A stretch of DNA of 43,404 nucleotides from Macrostomum lignano (Eukaryota). Every line of letters starts with the position of its first letter. Position 1 is the stretch's first letter. The position numbers and the translations under genes are program-made. Location of the stretch: NCBI GenBank assembly GCA_002269645.1, contig NIVC01003809.1, positions 1 to 43,404 on the forward strand, in the 5' to 3' direction. The notes beneath the pieces are model-generated. The model searched no databases. It worked only from the letters and a program-made list of their open reading frames with translations, and had not been told where the DNA came from. Shown here in pieces: positions 35,861-43,404 of the stretch.

Positions 35861-37213
35861 TTATATAGGGATTTATAAAATTAGGCCAATTATGCCTCTT
35901 GCTAGTTATCTGACAACGTCATTTAAAGTGCAACCAGGTATATATACCCTCTAAACTTAAAAAGTATAAATCTAATTATTGTGATAATATCTTTTCCTAA
36001 AAATATAAGATAGACTAAGAATAATATAAGTATTTTTTCATAAAATCTAACTAGAGATTGTTAGAAAATTTTACAGTAACAATGGCCAATGTTTAATATT
36101 TTTACTAAAATAAAAGTTGCTTATTGTTAGGGTATTTTTTCATTGTAGATTGGATTATTGGATCAAATATATTGCCAAATCAGTCAATTAATATTAAGGT
36201 TTTTGTTTAATAAAAGAATAGATTTTAATATGCATAGGGGGCCCTTTGATTCCCTTAGCTACTAAGTATTATTTTGTTAATTTGTCTTCTAAAATAAAGA
36301 TCTAATAATTAGAGCTAGCTTTAGTATATTAAGGGTCTACAATATTTACACAAGTGACTTAATCTAGAAAGCTACTAAAATTAAAGATAATGTAGACTCA
36401 TGGTCAATATGTTAGCAAGCTCTTAATTGGAAAGTTTTAGCTGATCTTTCAAGCAAAATGTCGGCCTATCTGCATGATCTAAAATCTTGAAAACTTTTCT
36501 ATATACTAGAAAATTATTCTAAATCCTAGTCTAGAATCTATAAAGAGAATCAACTGTGAGTATGGCATGGCAATCCAAGCATGCCTACTGTCAGTAGGCT
36601 GTTTCATGCTTTCCACTTATTGAGTATAGACACTTGTTACCTGTTACCTGTCAAAATTCTCTGTAATGCTTAATCACTGCTGTCCACTTGTAACAGCTTG
36701 TAATTAGGCCCTAAATGTTTTCACAACTCAGGAAAACATACCAGAAGTTGAGCTTTGAGCTATTTAGATTGCCCAGTTGTTTCTTCTGTATCAGTGTGTA
36801 ACTGTGTGCTTACTACTCTGTCCCCTCTGACCAGGCACTCCTGACACATTGGCTTCGTGCTCGTGAGAACTCGGGAGAACAGTGCTCACGAATCACACTG
36901 TCAATGCCAATTATAGCAGTTCCACGCCACAATAAAGTAGACAATGACGTATTGAGTTGATTGTGTGCTGGATAGAAAGCAGATAAGCTGGGCTCTGGGG
37001 GAGGCCGCTCAGCAGATATTGGCGGCTCGTTCCCCGCGCCGACACCCCCTGGCAGATAAGGCCGCCCTATTAGACTGGCGGCTCTGGGCCAAGTCGGGGC
37101 TCAGGCTGAGGAATCTGCAGTTTGCGTCAGTTATCACCTGTGCTCTTCATTTGGCTGCTGTTGCAGGCGGCTAGCAAGCTTCCCATAGCCGGGCTAAGAG
37201 CACACCCGCGCCG

Positions 37214-37520
37214 ATGGCCATGGAGGACGAGGACGCCGACATCGGGGTTGGTGGCGACCTGCGGCGGCCCAGCCAGGCGGGCCACAGCCTGTTGCAGCAG
37301 TCCGGTGACGACTTCGCCAACGTGGCACCACCCAACCCGCCAGACAAGGGCTACGGCTGGTTTGTGGTGCTCGGCTCCTTCCTCTGCAACGCCCTGGTGG
37401 ACGGCTGCTGCTTCTCCTACGGCGTCATGCAGCCGCACATCGCCTCATCTTTTGCTGATGCATCGCCTTCGATGCTGTCCCTGGGTGGCAGCGTTCTCAC
37501 TGGGACCTACCTGTTCACAG
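37214..37520 (+). CDS. SLC16/monocarboxylate transporter-like MFS protein, exon 1
   Basis: PPDKGYGWFVVLGSFLCNALVDG is the MCT motif PPDGGWGW.VV..SF; donor ACAG|GTGAGC. Confidence 0.9.
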
Positions 37521-37650
37521 GTGAGCAGCTGAAGTAGCATTCTCACTGGGACCTACCTGTTCACAGCTGTCAGGTAGCATTCTCACTGGGACCTACCTGT
37601 TCACAGTTGTCAGGTAGCATTCTCACTGGGACCTACCTGTTTACAGTGAG
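37504..37650 (+). repeat. ~41-bp tandem copies of the MCT exon-1 3' end (TCTCACTGGGACCTACCTGTTCACAG), 3 intronic copies
   Basis: Exon-terminal sequence repeated immediately after the donor. Confidence 0.9.
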
Positions 37651-37709
37651 TAGTTTTGCACCCAAAGCAAGGTTCCCTCAAACCCTGGCCTTCTATTTGC
37701 ATTAAACAG

Positions 37710-37853
37710 GTCCCTTGAGCTCAGCCCTGGCCAACATGTTCGGTTGCCGGGCGGTTGTCATGACCGGCGCCCTACTAACTATGCTGGCATTCTTCGCCGC
37801 CTCCTTCGTGTCCAGCATCCACGCCTTCATCGGGGTGTTCGGATTTCTTGGCG
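37710..37853 (+). CDS. SLC16/MCT-like exon 2
   Basis: GPLSSALANMFGCRAVVMTG (MFS motif A variant); aaacag acceptor, G|GTGAGC donor, phase 1-1. Confidence 0.9.
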
Positions 37854-37883
37854 GTGAGCGATGCAGTTTTCCTCGTAGAAACC

Positions 37884-38175
37884 CGAGCCTGGCTTATTAG
37901 GCTGTCCCTGATCCACAGAATACCTGGCTCTGAGCCTGGCTTATTAGGCTGTCCCTGATCCACAGAATACCTGGCTCTGAGCCTGGCTTATTAGGCTGTC
38001 CCTGATCCACAGAATGCCTGCGCAACACCTGGCTCTGAGCCTGGCTCATTAGGCTGTCCCTGATCCACAGAATGCCTGCGCAACACCTGACTCTGAGCCT
38101 GGCTCATTAGGCTGTCCCTGATCCACAGAATGCCTGCGCAACACCTGGCTCTGAGCCTGGCTCATTAGGCTGTCC
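37884..38175. repeat. 40-58-bp intronic minisatellite (GAGCCTGGCTCATTAGGCTGTCCCTGATCCACAGAAT..)
   Basis: About 6 tandem copies. Confidence 0.9.
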
Positions 38176-38654
38176 CGTTTTACAGAGTTCCTGCGCAAAC
38201 TTCTGGTCAGCGCTATCGGCCACACTCGGGCCATAAAGTGGCTCTGCAGGTCTGCCCCGCGTCTTTTGTCTGCATATACAGTATTTACGACCCGCAGGCA
38301 CTTTAGATTGTATATAAAAATGTGTGCATATTGTGTAGTTTTTACAAGACCGACTGCCCAGTGCGGGGCTAAAAGTGTCACAGACAAGAGAATATATTTA
38401 TTCAGCTTTTGAGTCACTTTGCGGCCTTAATATTTTCTCCCCAGACGTTTAATTTTTATATCCAATAACGATTGTTAAGTTAAAGTGCACTGTGCTGCGT
38501 TTCGTTTTTATGAGTGACCGCGCTGATAAAAATGCGAATTGTCTGATCAGAATGTGGGAGGGGGCAGCCTGCTCACACTGAAGGGAGCAGCTTAGCCAGC
38601 CATTCGAAGCTATTTGTCCATAAACCAATCAGTGCAACCCACCCTCCCCACCCA

Positions 38655-38677
38655 CCCTGTCTGTGTGTCTGTCTGGG

Positions 38678-38742
<65 letters not shown>

Positions 38743-38789
38743 GTCTGTCTGTCTGTCTGTGTCTGTCTGTCTGCATGTCTGTCTGTCTG

Positions 38790-38842
<53 letters not shown>

Positions 38843-38843
38843 G

Positions 38844-38900
<57 letters not shown>

Positions 38901-38957
38901 TAGTGTCTGTCTGTCTGTCTGTCTCTCTGTCTGTCTGTGTCTGTCTGTCTGTCTGTC
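38655..38957. repeat. (TGTC)n microsatellite
   Basis: Direct reading; source of the SVCL/QTDR ORFs. Confidence 0.97.
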
Positions 38958-39005
38958 CGCCAGTCCCCTCCAGCCAGTTCACCAGTCCATCCTAACCCGC
39001 CGCAG

Positions 39006-39403
39006 GCATTGGTTTCGGCCTCATTTACCTGCCTGCCGTGGTCACCGTCGGCTTTTGGTTTGAGAAGCGGCGCGCATTCGCTACGGGCATCGCCGTCTGC
39101 GGCAGCGGCATCGGCACGGCGGTCTTTGCCCTGCTGACGGACGGCTTGATCGATGTGTACTCGTGGCGCGGCACCGTCATGATCCTGGCTGGCCTCGTGT
39201 TCAACTGCGCCGTGGCCGGCAGCTTCTTCATGCCGCTGGAGCGCTACTACCTCATCCTGACCCTGCGGGAGCGCCGGCGCCGCGCCAAAGGCGAGCCGAT
39301 GGTGCGCGGCCACATCATTGAGAGGCTGATCGAGAATAAGCGGCGCGAGAGGAACATCAGCCAGGGCTCTCTGAACGGCTGGATCATCACCACCAACAAC
39401 AAG
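39006..39403 (+). CDS. SLC16/MCT-like exon 3
   Basis: [53 protein letters not shown], typical MCT TM4-6; cgcag acceptor, AAG|GTGCTT donor. Confidence 0.93.
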
Positions 39404-39510
39404 GTGCTTGGCGAATGACCTGTGCAGCTCCTGTTGCTGTGTAGGAATTTTAGTATTCGCTCTGCAGCCCTCTTTAGTCATCGCCCTCCTCCCCCCTTTG
39501 CTCTCGCCAG

Positions 39511-39638
39511 GTGGAGCCGCCGCCGCCCGACTTCGACGACCGGCCGATGCTGAACACGGACGCCATCCAGCGCATCGCCGAGAACGTCCTGCGCAGGAAA
39601 ATCAGCCACGGCCGGCGCTTCACCACCACGGCTGCAGC

Positions 39639-39669
<31 letters not shown>

Positions 39670-40216
39670 GCCTCGGCGAACGGCGGCGGCAACCGCAGCG
39701 GCACGATCAGCGGCGGAGTTGGCGAAGGCGCCGGCGGCCTGTACCAGCAGAACGAGCAGCAGCAGCGGCCGCAGCTGCCGCAGCTGGTCAGGGACTACTC
39801 GCAGAGCCAGACCTCGCTGTCTCAGCCCAGCCACAGCGCGCCGCAGTCCAAGGCGCAGTCAATTCAGTCTCTGCAGCAGCAGCAGCCGCCAACCGCCGTA
39901 GCCGCCGACCCGGCGCTGAAGGTGGAGATGCGGGAGGCGATCTCCAAGTCGGTGCTGCGCGAGATGCACCGGCCGATGAACCGTAAGGACGCCTTCCTCA
40001 TCTCCGGCTCGCTGCACCAGTTGGCCGAGTACGCGCAGAGCCGGGCCAGCGTGGCGGGCACCCGGGAGTACTACAAGTCCATCACCTCCATTCCGCCCGA
40101 GGTCGGCCAGCCGGGAGCGCCCGTCAAGTCCGCCATTCGCCAGATGCTGGACTTCAGCATTCTGAAATCCGCCACCTTTTGTCTGCTGCTGTTCACCGCC
40201 GTGCTCACCATGATGG
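39511..40216 (+). CDS. SLC16/MCT-like exon 4 (large cytoplasmic loop with poly-Ala/Gln, into TM7)
   Basis: ccag acceptor phase 0; ends LDFSILKSATFCLL..LTMMG|GTGAGC. Confidence 0.88.
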
Positions 40217-40244
40217 GTGAGCGCGAGGCCTGAGCCCATCCTAC

Positions 40245-41411
40245 AGTAGTCCTGATCCCGAATCCAACAATCCTGATCCCGAATCCAACAGTCCTGATCC
40301 CGAACCTACAGTCCTGATCCCGAATCCTACAGTCCTGATCCCGAATCCTACAGTCCTGATCCCGAATCCAACAGTCCTGATCCCGAATCCTACAGTCCTG
40401 ATCCCGAATCCAACAGTCCTGATCCCGAATCCAGCAGTCCTGATCCCGAATCCAACAGTCCTGATCCCGAATCCTACAGTCCTGATCCCGAATCCAGCAG
40501 TCCTGATCCCGAATCCAACAATCCTGATCCCGAATCCAACAGTCCTGATCCCGAACCTACAGTCCTGATCCCGAATCCTACAGTCCTGATCCCGAATCCT
40601 ACAGTCCTGATCCCGAATCCAACAGTCCTGATCCCGAATCCTACAGTCCTGATCCCGAATCCTACAGTCCTGATCCCGAATCCTACAATCCTGATCCCGA
40701 ATCCTACAATCCTGATCCCGAATCCAACAATCCTGATCCCGAATCCAGCAGTCCTGATCCCGAATCCAGCAGTCCTGATCCCGAATCCTACAGTCCTGAT
40801 CCCGAATCCAACAATCCTGATCCCGAATCCAACAGTCCTGATCCCGAATCCAACAGTCCTGATCCCGAATCCTACAGTCCTGATCCCGAATCCAACAGTC
40901 CTGATCCCGAATCCAACAGTCCTGATCCCGAATCCTACAGTCCTGATCCCGAATCCAACAGTCCTGATCCCGAATCCAACAGTCCTGATCCCGAATCCAA
41001 CAGTCCTGATCCCGAATCCTACAGTCCTGATCCCGAATCCAACAGTCCTGATCCCGAATCCTACAGTCCTGATCCCGAATCCTACAGTCCTGATCCCGAA
41101 TCCTACAGTCCTGATCCCGAATCCAACCATCCTGATCCCGAATCCTACAGTCCTGATCCCGAATCCAACAATCCTGATCCCGAATCCAACAGTCCTGATC
41201 CCGAATCCTACAGTCCTGATCCCGAATCCTACAGTCCTGATCCCGAATCCAACAATCCTGATCCCGAATCCAGCAGTCCTGATCCCGAATCCAACAGTCC
41301 TGATCCCGAATCCTACAGTCCTGATCCCGAATCCTACAGTCCTGATCCCGAATCCTACAGTCCTGATCCCGAATCCTACAGTCCTGATCCCGAATCCTAC
41401 AGTCCTGATCC
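40245..41411. repeat. 21-bp minisatellite (CAGTCCTGATCCCGAATCC[T/A]A)n, ~55 copies
   Basis: Direct tandem repeats starting ~28 nt after the exon-4 donor. Confidence 0.97.
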
Positions 41412-41789
41412 CAGAGTCGCTGTCTCATCGCAGTGTTTCCAGTGCTTCAACCGTCGTGTCCCCCTGCTTATTCAGCTCAGCGAAATCTTGTCCAAAAGTG
41501 TTGATTTGCTATCGTTAATTTAGTTCAGTTTGTTACTCCCGCCATGTGTCAGTCAAACTCTATCGCACCCCACCCCGTCCCCTTATCTTCGGCCTCTGTC
41601 GCTGGGTCGCTTTACAGCTTTTCCACCTGGCGCCTTGCCGCTGATTGACAGTCTGAGCTGAGCCAAATTTTTGCCTGCGAGCTCGAGCTGCCAACTATTT
41701 TAATTAACCGGCTTTTTGCCGAACTTATTCAAATGGCTTGTCTAGGAAGGCCTTGTCGGAGCAAATAGTCTTTCCTTCAGAGAGTAGTT

Positions 41790-42290
41790 CTCACCCTCAG
41801 AGAGGAATCTCATCCTGAGTGGGGAACCTCACCCTCACAGAAGATCCTCATCCTGTGTGGAGAATCTCATCCTCAAGAAGATTCTCATTCTTAATGAAGA
41901 ATCTCACCTTTAGAGAAGAATCTCATCCTGAGTAGAGAATCTCATCCTCAAGAAGATTCTCATTCTGAATGGAGAATCTCACCTTTAGAGAAGAATCTCA
42001 TCCTGAGTGGAGAATCTCACCCTCAGAAAAAATCTTACCCTGATTGGAGAATCTCACTCTCAGAAAATATTCTCACCCTGTGTGAAGAATCTCACCCTCA
42101 GAGAAGAATCTCATCCTGAGTGGAGAATCTCACCCTCAGAGAAGAATCTCATCCTGAGTGGAGAATCTCACCCTCAGAGAAGAATCTCATCGTGAGTGGA
42201 GAATCTCACCCTCGGAGAAGAATCTCATCCTGAGTGGAGAATCTCACCCTCAGAGAAGAATCGCACCGTCAGTTAAGAATCTTACCCAAA
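41790..42290. repeat. 19/38-bp dimeric minisatellite (GAGAATCTCACCCTCAGAGAAGAATCTCATCCTGAGTG)n
   Basis: Degenerate at the 5' side, homogeneous near 42100-42260; ends ~20 nt before the exon-5 acceptor. Confidence 0.9.
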
Positions 42291-42312
42291 GAGCCCGCCG
42301 GCCCGCCCACAG

Positions 42313-42435
42313 GCTTCCTGCAATTCTATCAGTTCATCAAGATGTACGCCATGAACCGGGGCGTCCCGGACAGACAGGCGACGCTGCTGGTTTTCCTCAT
42401 CGGCATCGCCAACACCGTCGGCCGGATTCTGTCCG
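42313..42435 (+). CDS. SLC16/MCT-like exon 5 (gene continues beyond the recognisable sequence)
   Basis: GFLQFYQFIKMYAMNRGVPDRQATLLVFLIGIANTVGRILSG; cacag acceptor, G|GTACGT donor. Confidence 0.88.
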
Positions 42436-42441
42436 GTACGT

Positions 42442-42930
42442 GCTGCCTGCTGTCTGCGGTATCTGCTGTCTATGCTGTGTCTGCTGCCTGCTGTCTACTG
42501 TGTCTGCTGTCTGCTGTGTCTGCTGCCTGGTGTCTGCGGTATCTGCTGTCTTTGCTGTGTCTGCTGTCTGCTGTGTCTGCTGCCTGCTGTCTGCTGCCTG
42601 CTGTCTGCGGTATCTGCTGTCTTTGCTGTGTCTGCTGCCTGGTGTCTGCGGTATCTGCTGTCTTTGCTGTGTCTGCTGTCTGCGGTATCTGCTGTCTTTG
42701 CTGTGTCTGCTGTCTGCTGTGTCTGCTGCCTGGTGTCTGCGGTATCTGCTGTCTTTGCTGTGTCTGCTGTCTGCTGTGTCTGCTGCCTGGTGTCTGCGGT
42801 ATCTGCTGTCTTTGCTGTGTCTGCTGTCTGCTATGTCTGCTGTCTGCTGTGTCTGCTGTGTCTGCTGTGTCTGCTGTGTTTGCTGTCTGCTGTGTCTGCT
42901 GTGTGCTGTCTGCTGTGTCTGCTGCCTACT
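42442..42930. repeat. Compound (CTGCTGT/GTCT)-based simple repeat
   Basis: Direct reading; source of the Cys-rich spurious ORFs. Confidence 0.93.
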
Positions 42931-43404
42931 GTGTTTTTTCGTTTGTTTCGTACCCACTTTGCTGTCTCCCAAAGCTGATGCTGAATCGCCGCCGTAGCTG
43001 GCAGGATTATATTTAGCTTATCCACTCTAGTTATTGATTTCTGCAGGTGCGCGCCCCTCGTAACCAGCGGTAATTAATTATTTGCTGCCTTACTCTTGTT
43101 CTTGTTCTTGCAACTCGTGCTGAACTTGATTGTTGGTTCAGCGTGTGTTGTAGGCTTCTGGTGGCTTGGGTGCCTTTGCCGTGGAGTCGCCCATAAAAGT
43201 GCACGCGCTTCAATACACGTAGTGCTGCTTGTTTATTTTTGTCTTGTTGACATTGGTGTCTTTTGTTGTTGCAGTATGCGATTAATAATCAGCTGATTAT
43301 TACTGAAACTTACCGACCACACCTTAGCTATTAATGTGCACATTCCCTACCCCACCCACCCAGTCAAAATATACACATTCCCTACCCACCAGTCAGGAAT
43401 GTAC

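Noticed and set aside
38573-39063. QTDR/SVCL repeat ORFs
   Set aside because: Translations of a (TGTC)n microsatellite
40241-41428. 395-aa (RIRDQDC)n ORF and overlapping GFGIRTV ORF
   Set aside because: A 21-bp unit without stops in those frames, antisense within an MCT intron
42158-43025. Cys-rich 168-279-aa ORFs
   Set aside because: Simple-repeat translations; only 42313-42435 is a real exon
43046-43070. TTTCTGCAG as the acceptor of MCT exon 6
   Set aside because: The required phase reads GARPS then TAA, with no MFS similarity; the next exon is probably outside the window

Overview
Eukaryotic (invertebrate animal) genomic DNA. GC-rich exons with poly-Ala/poly-Gln tracts, AT-rich intergenic DNA and minisatellite-filled introns resemble a free-living flatworm such as Macrostomum; the organism is inferred only. 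Minus strand, three co-oriented genes: (1) CPSF30/CPSF4 (exons 26020-25661 and 10809-9952; 5 CCCH fingers + 2 CCHC knuckles), (2) a SETMAR-like pre-SET/SET/post-SET methyltransferase with an in-frame 9-aa repeat inside the SET domain, and (3) an intronless CK1-family pseudokinase. Plus strand: a 3'-incomplete SLC16/MCT transporter (5 exons seen). The dominant feature is the 14.85-kb CPSF30 intron. A ~57-bp tandem repeat that copies the exon-1 5' splice site was split by a ~13.9-kb non-coding Helitron-like insertion (hairpin + CTAG 3' end). That insertion is mostly a higher-order ~22-bp satellite. Read in CPSF30 sense, its monomers carry poly(A)-signal-like hexamers (ATTAAA/AATAAA/CATAAA), and its six ~270-bp spacers each contain a tRNA-like Pol III cassette. 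The rest holds many small non-autonomous DNA transposons with readable TIRs/TSDs (hAT, IS630-Tc1, Merlin, P/hAT-like) and a probable solo LTR. No CRISPR array, rRNA or convincing tRNA gene. All coordinates, counts and alignments were read by eye.
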